Shown one piece after another: positions 9,065 through 18,546 of a stretch of 64,000 nt of DNA (position 1 is its first letter; each line of letters opens with the position of its first letter). The stretch spans positions 1,888,001 through 1,952,000 of the forward strand of contig CAVZJV010000014.1 of the NCBI GenBank assembly GCA_963775685.1. Direction: 5' to 3'. Made by a program: the position numbers and the translations under genes. Source of the DNA: Candidatus Bathyarchaeota archaeon (GTDB taxonomy: Archaea > Thermoproteota > Bathyarchaeia > Bathyarchaeales > Bathycorpusculaceae). A model generated the notes under the pieces. The model saw only the letters and a program-made list of their open reading frames with translations. It did not search any database and was not told where the DNA came from.

Positions 9065-10051
9065 TTAGAATGTTGATATGTGCTGTTGTAGCGTTGGCCA
9101 CTTGTCGGGGATTTTTCTTGCGCTTGCTTCTATTTTTGTTATGCCGCAAACCTCGGAAATTTGATCTTGAATGTCAAACGACTGTGCCATGTCTCTTACT
9201 ATTGCTGTTAATTGAAGATCAAAATCGCCACTGGTCTTTGTGATGATAACTACATCAGGTATTTCCGCTAATGTCTCAACTAATGTATCTGTTAACCCCT
9301 CAGAAGTTGTAAAAGCTACGTTAATGTCCAATATCGAGGTATACCCAATTAAGTTTGGATTTATCTGTATGGAGACTTTTATCGCGCCATTCTCCTTGAG
9401 TTTATAATACCTTTTTAAAATTGTATCTGTTGAAGTGCCCAACTCTTTAGCGATTTTTGTAAATGAAATGCGTCCATTTATGGCTAATATGCTTGCAATG
9501 TGTCTGTCTAAAGCATCAATTTCAACAGGAAAAGAGCTTTTGTTGATTGATTGTTTTGAATTTTTCAAGCTTTCTTTTTCTCTGTCTTTTAGGCTTCTTG
9601 TAAAATCCAAGTTCTCAGGCCTATTTCTTACGCCTGCCCAGATGTATGTTTTTAAACCCGTTGTTGGCAGTTTGCGCTTAATCAACTGTTTTATGTAGTC
9701 TAATTCATTTAGATCTTTTAGGATTGCAACTGCTCTCACGTTATAAACGCTATTGTATTGCCGGTATGCACGTACCTCAGTCAGGTTTTCTGAAAATTTA
9801 CCTAGGTTGTTTTCTAACTGCTGTGCTTCTACGCTAATAAGGAAAGTTGCAAGCGCCGCGTTGCCAAATTGTCTGAAATCTATTTGTGTCGTAGCTCCTT
9901 TAATTATGCCTTTTTTTTCCATCGCTTTGCATCGTTTCCAAACTTTGTTTTTTGGTTCTCCGCATTCGTTTGCAATAGTGCCGTAGCCAGCTCGTCCATC
10001 TTGTAATAACCTTTTTAGAATTCTTGAATCTAGTTCACTTATTTTGGCCAC
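9065..10051 (-). CDS. Tandem Lrp/AsnC-family regulator
   Basis: Two HTH+RAM units (ISELDSRILKRLLQDGR and IDALDRHIASILAINGR). C-terminus is WPTLQQHISTF. Confidence 0.9.
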   Translation of the reverse strand: MAKISELDSRILKRLLQDGRAGYGTIANECGEPKNKVWKRCKAMEKKGIIKGATTQIDFRQFGNAALATFLISVEAQQLENNLGKFSENLTEVRAYRQYNSVYNVRAVAILKDLNELDYIKQLIKRKLPTTGLKTYIWAGVRNRPENLDFTRSLKDREKESLKNSKQSINKSSFPVEIDALDRHIASILAINGRISFTKIAKELGTSTDTILKRYYKLKENGAIKVSIQINPNLIGYTSILDINVAFTTSEGLTDTLVETLAEIPDVVIITKTSGDFDLQLTAIVRDMAQSFDIQDQISEVCGITKIEASARKIPDKWPTLQQHISTF

Positions 10052-10181
10052 GTGCTTTTCCCTTTTGTTATCTTATTTTTTGGTTATTTGCACTTGAATT
10101 TCTTGTTTTTTCTAGTTTTAGGCGATACTGCTGGTAAACATTTTATTTGATGATATCTTAATGATTGATCCTTAGTTAGTG

Positions 10182-11171
10182 CTAGAAAGTTGATATGTAC
10201 TGGCGAGGACTTGGCCACTTCATCCACATTTCGCCTATTCTTGAGATTTCTGATTCAATTTTATTTATCCCTGGGATCTTTCCAATCTCCTCTTGAACAT
10301 AAAGCAGTTGATCGATATTTTGGACAATTGCGTATACTTCAAGGTCATAATCTCCGGATGTTTTCATAATGCTTATGATATTAGGTAGCATGCAGAGTTT
10401 ATCAATAATTAAGTGGGATGTTTCTCCTAAAGTTGAAATGAAAAAGATGCAAATTGCTTGGTATCCGATTCTTTTGAGATTAATCTGAATCGTGACTTTT
10501 AATACGCCGTTTTTCTTCAGTCTTTCATACCTTCTTTTTGAGGTAGCAACAGAAATTCCAATTTCCTTGCTTAACCTTTCCATTGATATTCGACCGTTTT
10601 CAGCGAGTTTATTGGCTATTTTTTTGTCGATTTCGTCGGTAGTACCAGTTTGGGTTTTGACTTCTTTCTCCATCGTCGCTGCATGACTGTCTTCCGAAAC
10701 TTCTTTGAAGTTGAGCGGAATAATGGCAAGGTTTTCATTCATTTCTTTTACATCTGTCCAAATTGCAGTTTTCATTTCCAAAATAGAAAAAGACCGCTTA
10801 ATCAAGTCCTTGACCTCGTTGAGTTGCTCAAGTGCTTTGAGGATTACAACTACGTCTATGTTTCCTTTTACTTCCCTATTGTAAACCGAATAAACTTCTG
10901 GCGTTTGTTGTAGTTGTTTGACGAGTTTGTCTGCTTGTCGGGGGTCTACGTTTATTAAGATGTGTGCAACTGCTTTGTAACCAAAACTTTTGTAGTTGAC
11001 GTGAATTGTAGCGCCTGTTATGATGCCTCTTTCTTCCATTTGAAGATAGTTTTTTTTAACATTCTCTTTGGTTAGATTTAATTTTTTTCCAATTTCGTTT
11101 TCGGTTTTACGTCCATCTGCTATTAACTCTTTGAGGATTTTTGCTTGAATTTCAGTAACTATCTTGGTTAA
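10182..11171 (-). CDS. Tandem Lrp/AsnC-family regulator; the homologous start position is TTA (non-canonical or mutated)
   Basis: The track ORF starts at 11039, but the frame stays open upstream and encodes the first HTH (LTKIVTEIQAKILKELIADGRKTENEIG). C-terminus is WPSPRQYISTF. Confidence 0.8.
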   Translation of the reverse strand, partial: LTKIVTEIQAKILKELIADGRKTENEIGKKLNLTKENVKKNYLQMEERGIITGATIHVNYKSFGYKAVAHILINVDPRQADKLVKQLQQTPEVYSVYNREVKGNIDVVVILKALEQLNEVKDLIKRSFSILEMKTAIWTDVKEMNENLAIIPLNFKEVSEDSHAATMEKEVKTQTGTTDEIDKKIANKLAENGRISMERLSKEIGISVATSKRRYERLKKNGVLKVTIQINLKRIGYQAICIFFISTLGETSHLIIDKLCMLPNIISIMKTSGDYDLEVYAIVQNIDQLLYVQEEIGKIPGINKIESEISRIGEMWMKWPSPRQYISTF

Positions 11172-11393
11172 GATTAATACCCCTTGTTAAGAATTCATGG
11201 TCTTTTTCTATTATATTAATTAATCGAGTGTTTTATCTTTTATTTTGGGAATGATTCAAATCTGAGAAAATTGTCAGATGTTATTGCCTTTTCTTTGTAA
11301 ATAAAGAAATTTCATCGAACAAAAATGTAGTCTTTAAAAACTTTTAAATATGAAGAAGGCGCTTGGTCTCGCTCACAAATCGGAGAAAAGAAA

Positions 11394-13994
11394 ATGAACT
11401 CTAGAAAAACAATTTCGCTAATCTTAGTATTAGCTTTTGCAGCAACATTAGTTATATCAATACCTACACTAACAGTCAACGCACAGACGACACCTACGCA
11501 GAAAACTTTCCCAGTCATAGATGCTATTCCTAATCCAATTGGGGTCGGACAAGTAACACTGCTAAAAACCGGAATCTTACAGCAAATTGCTGGTTCTCTA
11601 AACGGTTGGACTGGCATAACAATAACTGTAACTAAACCGGACGGCACAACCCAAACACTTGGACCTTTCAAAACTGACTCAACAGGATCAACTTTTACAC
11701 AGTATACACCCGATGAAGTAGGGACGTACATTTTAACTACGAACTTCCCGGAGCAAATCAACCCTGAAACCTACTATAACAATGAAGGAGGCAACTATAT
11801 TCTCGCAGGCACTATCATGCAAGCAAGCACTGCAACAACCAACCTCACTGTACAGCAAGAACCATTACCCTTCTATCCAGGACATGCTCTTCCAACAGAA
11901 TACTGGAACCGACCAATCGACCCACAGCTTAGAGAATGGTACTCTATCTCAGGCAACTGGGTAGCTAGACCAGACAATTCAGTAGCACTCTATAACGACG
12001 ACGCACCAGAAACAGCTCACGCACTATGGGCGCTCCCAATAACCACTGGAGGCTTAATGGGTGGTCTATGGGGTGACGGGCAAGTTCCATCAAGCGCTGA
12101 AGCAGGCGACGCATATGAAGGCAAATTCCCTAACTCAGTCATACTCAACGGAATACTCTACTACCAAAGAACAGATACCCGAAGAGAAACGGCACCAGCG
12201 ATTATCGCAGTTGACCTTCACACAGGCGAACAATGGATGTTCAGAAACACCACTACATTATCATTCGCTCAAATCTTGTATTTTAACAGCTACAACTACG
12301 ACGGCACTTTCTCATACATCTGGGATACAACAGGTCGAGTAGCTGACGACCCAAGCACACCAAGCGTAAACGAAGGATACACCTATTGGTCTGCGTACGA
12401 TCCATTCACTGGCAATGAGCAAATGAGGATCTCCAACCTTCCATCAGGAACACGCTTCTTTGGACCTAGTGGCGAATTTCTCATACTACAAATCGATTAC
12501 AACAATGGTTGGATGGCTCTCTGGAATGAAACAGATTGCGGACTTCAGAATGCAGTCATCGGCACACCCGACTATGGCAGCTGGGGCAACACAGCTCACG
12601 GAACCGCATTGTCAAATCCAGCTCGTTATCCAGGCTTAAATGCAACAAACCCACGATGCTACACATGGAACGTCACAATCCCCAAAGGCTTAGGAACTAC
12701 TAGCGGAATCGGCGGACCAGCACTAAAAATCTACGTTGAAGACAGAATAGTTGGCATGATGTTCAACCAAACAAACGTTAACATATGGTCACTTGACATT
12801 TCACCTGGACATGAAGGTGCAGTCATATACAACAAGAGCTGGTCACCACCAGCAGAATGGGCAGAAGGCTCAATCACATTAGCCTATACACAAGCAACCA
12901 ATTATGTTAAAGACAGCACATACGGAAACGGTGTGATTGGATTATGGGCAAAAGAAATACGAACACACTACGGCTTTAGCGTCCAAACTGGAGACTTCCT
13001 CTGGAACACTGACTCTGAAATCTACCTAGACGCTTACGGTTGGGGCAATGCAGAACATACATGGTACTTCGCAGATGGCAAACTCTACTCAGTTGGAGTC
13101 GGAGGCATACTATACGCCTACGACCTTGCAACTGGCAAAATCGCTTGGACATACGTAATGTCGGATCCATACAAAGAACCAGTAACCGGTGAAAACTGGT
13201 GGGGCTGGATAGATCTAATAGCTGACGGAAAAATCTACATCGGCACACTCGAACACTCTGCTGAACAGCCAGTACCACGCGGTGGACCTTATGTTTGCGT
13301 TAACGCAACAGATGGCAGTGAAATCTGGCGAGTCAACGGCATGTACCGTCAAACCCGTTGGGGTGGAAACGGAGTCATTGGTGACAGCATCATAGCAACT
13401 ATGGACACATACGACCAGCAAGTATGGGCAATCGGCAAAGGACCAAGCAAAATCACAGTTGATGCACCAAACATAGGTGTTCCAGCATGCAACAGTATAG
13501 TTATACGCGGTACAGTCACTGACATATCCCCGGGCACAGAGCAATACGCAAAAGAAGCACGCTTCCCCAATGGTGTACCAGCAGTATCAGACGAAAGCAT
13601 GAGCGCTTGGATGCTGTACGTTTACAAGCAATTCGAGCGGCCAATGAACGCAACCGGTGTACCAGTAGCTTTAGATGTAATCGATGCAAACGGTAACATC
13701 CGCAATATCGGCACGACTACAACCGACGCAAACGGCTTCTACAGCCTTCAATGGACCCCTGATATACCCGGCAAATACACATTGTTCGCAACATTCTCTG
13801 GCTCTAACGCTTATTATGGTTCATCTGCAGAAACATCATTTGCAGTCGAACAAGCCGCAGAACCAACCGCCGCACCAACAACAACACCTGCATCAACAAC
13901 TGAGCAATACTTCCTTCCCTCAGTAGCAGCCATCATTGTTGTCATAATCATAGTTGGCGCAATGACAATATTGCTACAGAGAAAAAGACCATAA
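11394..13994 (+). CDS. Secreted, C-terminally anchored PQQ-like beta-propeller surface protein (paralog B)
   Basis: Same architecture as 5576-8416: PNPIGVGQ, YW.RPI, propeller repeats, FPNGVPAVSDES, TM helix, RKRP tail. Confidence 0.85.
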   Translation: MNSRKTISLILVLAFAATLVISIPTLTVNAQTTPTQKTFPVIDAIPNPIGVGQVTLLKTGILQQIAGSLNGWTGITITVTKPDGTTQTLGPFKTDSTGSTFTQYTPDEVGTYILTTNFPEQINPETYYNNEGGNYILAGTIMQASTATTNLTVQQEPLPFYPGHALPTEYWNRPIDPQLREWYSISGNWVARPDNSVALYNDDAPETAHALWALPITTGGLMGGLWGDGQVPSSAEAGDAYEGKFPNSVILNGILYYQRTDTRRETAPAIIAVDLHTGEQWMFRNTTTLSFAQILYFNSYNYDGTFSYIWDTTGRVADDPSTPSVNEGYTYWSAYDPFTGNEQMRISNLPSGTRFFGPSGEFLILQIDYNNGWMALWNETDCGLQNAVIGTPDYGSWGNTAHGTALSNPARYPGLNATNPRCYTWNVTIPKGLGTTSGIGGPALKIYVEDRIVGMMFNQTNVNIWSLDISPGHEGAVIYNKSWSPPAEWAEGSITLAYTQATNYVKDSTYGNGVIGLWAKEIRTHYGFSVQTGDFLWNTDSEIYLDAYGWGNAEHTWYFADGKLYSVGVGGILYAYDLATGKIAWTYVMSDPYKEPVTGENWWGWIDLIADGKIYIGTLEHSAEQPVPRGGPYVCVNATDGSEIWRVNGMYRQTRWGGNGVIGDSIIATMDTYDQQVWAIGKGPSKITVDAPNIGVPACNSIVIRGTVTDISPGTEQYAKEARFPNGVPAVSDESMSAWMLYVYKQFERPMNATGVPVALDVIDANGNIRNIGTTTTDANGFYSLQWTPDIPGKYTLFATFSGSNAYYGSSAETSFAVEQAAEPTAAPTTTPASTTEQYFLPSVAAIIVVIIIVGAMTILLQRKRP

Positions 13995-14071
13995 ACACAG
14001 CAGAAAACAACCATCAACAATCTTTCCTTTTTTTAGTCTTTAAATATTAAAAAAAATTTGGTGAACAGATA

Positions 14072-14185
14072 GGGGCTTAGTTGGCTCTGGGTGTGTTTCG
14101 CAATGTTAGCCATAGTTTTCGTATGGAGCGTTTTTGCATTTCGCTCTTTCTCCTTAAGTTTGGTCCAGTGCCTCAGCAAACCCTT
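14072..14185. ncRNA. Candidate structured small RNA, copy 2
   Basis: Homolog of 8491-8606 at the same position after the paralog B terminator. The three loop blocks are identical and the stems vary. Confidence 0.65.
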
Positions 14186-14285
14186 CCTTATGCAAACCAA
14201 AATAGATGTATTAACTTTTTGTAAAGTGAACCTTTCAATACAGTTGAGCTTTTTTCAGACTAAACTGACAGAATTTACAATAGTT

Positions 14286-14409
14286 TGGCGCCGGGGAAGG
14301 GATTCGAACCCCTGCGAGCACGAAGCCCACCAGCTATCTTGCCTTTTCAGGCTCAGCCCTCTTTTGTATAATCTCGAGGCTGGCGCGATAACCACTCCGC
14401 CACCCCGGC
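14286..14409 (-). tRNA. tRNA-Ser(CGA) with a 37-nt intron at 37/38 (14336-14372) and encoded CCA
   Basis: Reverse complement reads GCCGGGG...CCAGC CT CGA G[intron]A GCTGG, then a long variable arm, AGGGG TTCGAAT CCCTT, and CCCCGGC GCCA. Confidence 0.9.
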
Positions 14410-14908
14410 TCCAGCCTAAACATTTGCAGTTGTGGCTAAAAGAGTTTTCACTTGAGACAAAATAATTTAGTTCAGTTTTTTGACCCCTTCTAAAGAAAGA
14501 CTGAAGACATGATTAATCTCCACTATAACCTAGATCCGAACCACCCAAACCTACACATCTAAATGAAACATAGACTTAATGATGAGACAAAGCATTTTGC
14601 ACGACAGTGTTATCTTTCAGAAGTAAATACAACTTATACTTGCGAGTTTAACCCATATCCCTGAAATACCAAAACAGAAACTAAGTTGTTCAAAACCAAG
14701 TAACTTATTCAAACAAAAAACAAAGCAATATTTAGGCGCAGAAATCTCTATCGATTTCAAACTATAGGTAACCATTAAAATACTCTAACAACTCAAGAAA
14801 TAAGAGTTGTGAAATTTCTTTTTCAGAGTTTGCGCTCACTTTTGCGTTTTTAATGGCAACGTTTATAACCCCTTTTACTATTTGCTAAAGGCGCGAAGCT
14901 GAAGTACT

Positions 14909-15923
14909 ATGGGACATCGTAAAACTCATGCTCCAAAACATGGTTCACTAGCCTACTTGCCAAGGCACCGTGCAAAGAAACCAACAGCACGAATCAGATA
15001 TTGGCCAGAAACAAAGTCAGATTCACCTAGGCTTTTAGGATTCACATCCTACAAAGCAGGCATGACATACATCTTCACCATCGAAGATCGGAAACGTTCT
15101 CCACACTTTGGAAAAGAAGTCGCGCGAGCAGCAACCATACTAGAAACGCCGCCGATAATTATCTGTGGCATTAGAACTTACACAAAAACACCGTATGGCC
15201 TCAAAAACATAACGGAAGCTTGGATGAAAGAGCCACCAGCCGCACTAGATCGCCTGCTGGTTTTGCCCGACAACTTTAACACAGAAGCCATGCTTCAAAA
15301 AATCCAAGACAGCCTCGAGCAGACAAACATAGTTCGAGTAATCACCGCCACACAACCCACACAAACAAGCCTCTCCAAAAAGAAACCTGAAGCATGTGAA
15401 ATCCAAATCGGCGGGGGAACCATCGCTCCAACAATTTGAGTACGCTAAACAGCTACTCGGCAAAACCGTGACGCCTGAAGAAGTCTTCAAAGACGGACAA
15501 TACATTGACGTCGCAGGAATCACCGTGGGCAAAGGTTTCCAAGGTCCAGTTAAACGCTGGGGGGTAACCTGTCTGCAGCATAAAGGCAGAAAAACCAAAC
15601 GAGGCATCGCCACGCTCGGTCCATGGAATCCCCACCATTTAATGTACAGCATCCCCAGAGCAGGACAGATGGGCTATCACCAACGCATCGAATATAATAA
15701 ACGCATTATGAAAATCGGTAAAGACGGCAAAGAAGTCACAGTTAAAGGCGGATATATCCGATATGGCGAAGTAAACGGACCATACATCCTAATTGAAGGA
15801 AGCGTACCCGGAACAGAAAAACGCCAAATCCGACTGAGAGTTCCAGCACGTCCACCAACGGAAGTACCCGAAGCAGCACCGCAAGTCACATATATTTCGT
15901 TGGAGTCCCCACAGGGAAAATAG
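14909..15923 (+). CDS. rpl3: 50S ribosomal protein L3 (frameshifted near 15428, probably a sequencing error)
   Basis: N-half MGHRKTHAPKHGSLAYLPR... and C-half ...GKGFQGPVKRWG...PRAGQMGYHQRIEYNKRI lie in different frames. Removing one C from GCTCCAACAA restores IAQQFEYAK. Confidence 0.9.
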
Positions 15924-15935
15924 GAGAAATAAGCA

Positions 15936-16721
15936 ATGGCACAAAAAATAGCAGAAATCTTTGACTTACAAGGCAAAGCATCAGGCAAAATCACTCTTCC
16001 CCAAGTTTTCTCAACGCCCCTAAGACCAGACGTGATAAAACGTGCAGTCTTAGCTATCCAGTCCAACCGAAGACAGCCGCAAGGCAGAGATCTGATGGCT
16101 GGAAAGAAAACAACTGCCGAGTCACGAGGAACCGGCAGCGCAACAGCAAGAGTCCCACGCATAAAAAGCGGTAGCGGCAGAGCAGCTTTTGCTCCGAGCA
16201 CTGTTAAAGGTAGACAACCCCACCCACCAAAAGCCGAAAAACGCATAATAAAAAGTATCCCAAAGAAGGAAGCAAAATTAGCTTTAACTTCGGCCATCGC
16301 AGCAACCGCACAAAAGGAAACAATAACCTCCCGCGGGCACAAAATCGGTAACATTTCACAGTTTCCGTTAGTCGTTGAAGATGCAATTGAAGGCTTAACG
16401 AAAGCAAAAGAGGTAGAAGACGCATTCGTGAACCTAGGCATTGACGAAGACTTAATCCGAGTAAAAGACAGCCGAAACATCCGTGCTGGCAAAGGCAAAC
16501 GCAGAGGCAGAAAAATGAAACAAGCCGTTGGGCCACTCATCGTTGTTGTTGATGGAAAAAGTTTAGTTAACGCGGCCTCTAATCTTCCAGGCGTTGATGT
16601 AACAACCGTTGCCAACCTTAACACTGAAATGCTTGCACCAGGAACCCATCCGGGACGATTAACAGTATGGACTAATGGCGCTATCGAAAAATTAACCACT
16701 CTTTATGGAGAACAAGTGTAA
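15936..16721 (+). CDS. rpl4: 50S ribosomal protein L4
   Basis: RPDVIKRAV, AES.GTG..TARVPR, LAPGTHPGRLTVWT; follows rpl3. Confidence 0.97.
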   Translation: MAQKIAEIFDLQGKASGKITLPQVFSTPLRPDVIKRAVLAIQSNRRQPQGRDLMAGKKTTAESRGTGSATARVPRIKSGSGRAAFAPSTVKGRQPHPPKAEKRIIKSIPKKEAKLALTSAIAATAQKETITSRGHKIGNISQFPLVVEDAIEGLTKAKEVEDAFVNLGIDEDLIRVKDSRNIRAGKGKRRGRKMKQAVGPLIVVVDGKSLVNAASNLPGVDVTTVANLNTEMLAPGTHPGRLTVWTNGAIEKLTTLYGEQV

Positions 16722-16981
16722 TGAATATTAATGAAATAATTACTTTTCCTTTGATGACGGAATCCGCCAGTGTTATGGTCGAAAAAGACAACAAACTAAT
16801 CTTTGTGGTCAACTTTAAAGCGGGCAAAACCGACGTTAAACGCGCGGTGGAGACTCTCTATGAAGTTAAAGTCAGCAAGGTAAACTTGCTTATTACTCCT
16901 CAAGGCGAAAAGAAAGCGTTCGTGAAGCTAAGACCCGAATTTAGGGCTTCAGACGTTGCAATTAAACTTGGAATACTCTAA
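16721..16981 (+). CDS. rpl23: 50S ribosomal protein L23
   Basis: NKLIFVV...KKAFVKL...A.KLGIL; operon position. Confidence 0.97.
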   Translation: MNINEIITFPLMTESASVMVEKDNKLIFVVNFKAGKTDVKRAVETLYEVKVSKVNLLITPQGEKKAFVKLRPEFRASDVAIKLGIL

Positions 16982-17001
16982 ACTTGTAGAAGGTATGATT
17001 T

Positions 17002-17742
17002 ATGGGAAAACGAATTCGTGTTCAAAGACGTGGTCGCGGTGGACGAAACTTCCGCGCCAACACTCACAAACGTGTGGCTCCAGCAAAGTATCCACCGATA
17101 GCACCTAAACAATCTTATGAAACTTCAATAATGGGCATCATAACAGAGCTTGTACATGACCCAGGCCGCGGATCACCATTGTCAATAATCAAATTTGAGA
17201 ATGGCTTATCCATATATACGGTTGTTCCTGAAGGCGTTTTCACTGGGCAACAAATCTGCTATGGCGGAAAAGCTCCCGCTGAAATAGGCAATATTATACC
17301 CTTAGGCAAAGTTCCTGAAGGAACCATTGTTTGCGATCTTGAGCTTCGTCCAGGTGACGGGGGAAAAATGGCAAAGTCTTCAGGTGCATACGCAACTGTT
17401 GTCGGTCACACACCTCAAGGTACCATGATTAGATTGCCTTCAAAGAGAACACGCTACATTAACGATTACTGTTTGTCAACTGTTGGTGTAATTTCTGCTT
17501 CAGGAAGAATTGAAAAACCCTTCCTTAAAGCAGGCGCGAAATTCCACTTAATGAAAGCTAAAGGTCACACCTACCCACGTACCAGTGGTCGTAAAATGGT
17601 TCCGGCAGTTCACCCATTCGGTAGCAGCAAACGAAGTTCTCGCAGATGCACAACTACATCGCATGGTGCTCCACCAGGACAGAAAGTCGGATTAATCGCC
17701 GCAAGGGGTCCAGGACAGAAGAAAAAACGGGCAATACGCTAA
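17002..17742 (+). CDS. rpl2: 50S ribosomal protein L2
   Basis: MGKRIRVQRRGRG, HDPGRG, GRIEKPFLKAG, PPGQKVGLIAAR. Confidence 0.97.
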   Translation: MGKRIRVQRRGRGGRNFRANTHKRVAPAKYPPIAPKQSYETSIMGIITELVHDPGRGSPLSIIKFENGLSIYTVVPEGVFTGQQICYGGKAPAEIGNIIPLGKVPEGTIVCDLELRPGDGGKMAKSSGAYATVVGHTPQGTMIRLPSKRTRYINDYCLSTVGVISASGRIEKPFLKAGAKFHLMKAKGHTYPRTSGRKMVPAVHPFGSSKRSSRRCTTTSHGAPPGQKVGLIAARGPGQKKKRAIR

Positions 17743-17788
17743 AGGAAACTATAAAAAGGGAAAAAATCAAATTTAGGAAAGATGAAAA

Positions 17789-18193
17789 ATGCCGAAAGAA
17801 TTTAGCTACCGTGGACATAGTCTTGTTAGCCTAACAGGCATGTCTATGGATGAATTCATCAATTTGCTTCCTTCACGCCAACGAAGAAGCCTACAACGTG
17901 GATTAACAGCCGAACAACGCATACTGCTCGAGAAATTACGTGAAGCAAAAGAAGCCCAAAAACAAGGCAAAGATGTCAGCTTAAAAACACATGTCCGTGA
18001 TCTAATCATTCTGCCCGAGATGGTGGGTGCGAAGATCGGCGTTCACAACGGCAAGGAATTTGTTGGAATGGAAATCAGGCCAGAAATGATTGGTCACTAT
18101 CTTGGTGAATTCGCCATAACTAACAAACCTGTTAGGCATGGAACTCCAGGTATCGGTGCGTCACGTTCGTCAATGTACGTGCCACTGAAATAA
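17789..18193 (+). CDS. rps19: 30S ribosomal protein S19
   Basis: [39 protein letters not shown]. Confidence 0.97.
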   Translation: MPKEFSYRGHSLVSLTGMSMDEFINLLPSRQRRSLQRGLTAEQRILLEKLREAKEAQKQGKDVSLKTHVRDLIILPEMVGAKIGVHNGKEFVGMEIRPEMIGHYLGEFAITNKPVRHGTPGIGASRSSMYVPLK

Positions 18194-18297
18194 ACCGTTT
18201 CTTTTTTTTCTTTTTCTTCTTTGTTTTGTTGATGCTTCATACCCACAAGAGTATTAGTGAAAAATTTATAGTCCAATTATATCAAGTTGCATAAATC

Positions 18298-18415
18298 GTA
18301 GGTTGGATAAGATTATTGACCTCGGGTGATCTGCCCCCGATTTATAGTAATAAGAAAAAAGGTTCTTCCCTCTTGGGCGGACCTCTTCTCTTCTTTGCTT
18401 ATAGAATCAACCTAC
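18298..18415 (+). ncRNA. Candidate structured ncRNA (three-way junction); may extend to the T-run at ~18490
   Basis: GTAGGTTG/CAACCTAC closing stem with two internal hairpins. BRE-TATA GAAAAATTTATA lies at 18259-18270, with the TATA about 33 nt upstream. Confidence 0.45.
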
Positions 18416-18546
18416 AAGTGGTCCATAGTAGGGCGGGAGCGTAGACTGTTAAAATTTTACTTGAACCGATAAGTTTGCGAATTTTTTTTTACTAAGTAAA
18501 GTGTTAATACTGCAACACGGTTATTTTCTATTGAGGCTTTTCTAGT

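Noticed and set aside
8445-14185. The two repeats as IS/MITE ends, invertible-segment sites, CRISPR repeats or DGR TR/VR
   Set aside because: They are direct rather than inverted copies. There is no transposase, recombinase, reverse transcriptase or cas gene in the window, no spacer array, and the differences are not adenine-specific.
14091-14465. 124-aa ORF in the track
   Set aside because: It overlaps the RNA element and lies antisense to tRNA-Ser, so it is spurious.
15677-16699. 340-aa minus-strand ORF and many similar shadow ORFs
   Set aside because: They are antisense to well-identified genes and result from codon bias.
18193-18260. Ribosomal operon ends after rps19 without rpl22 or rps3
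   Set aside because: Splits of the archaeal S10-like cluster are common, so this is not notable alone.
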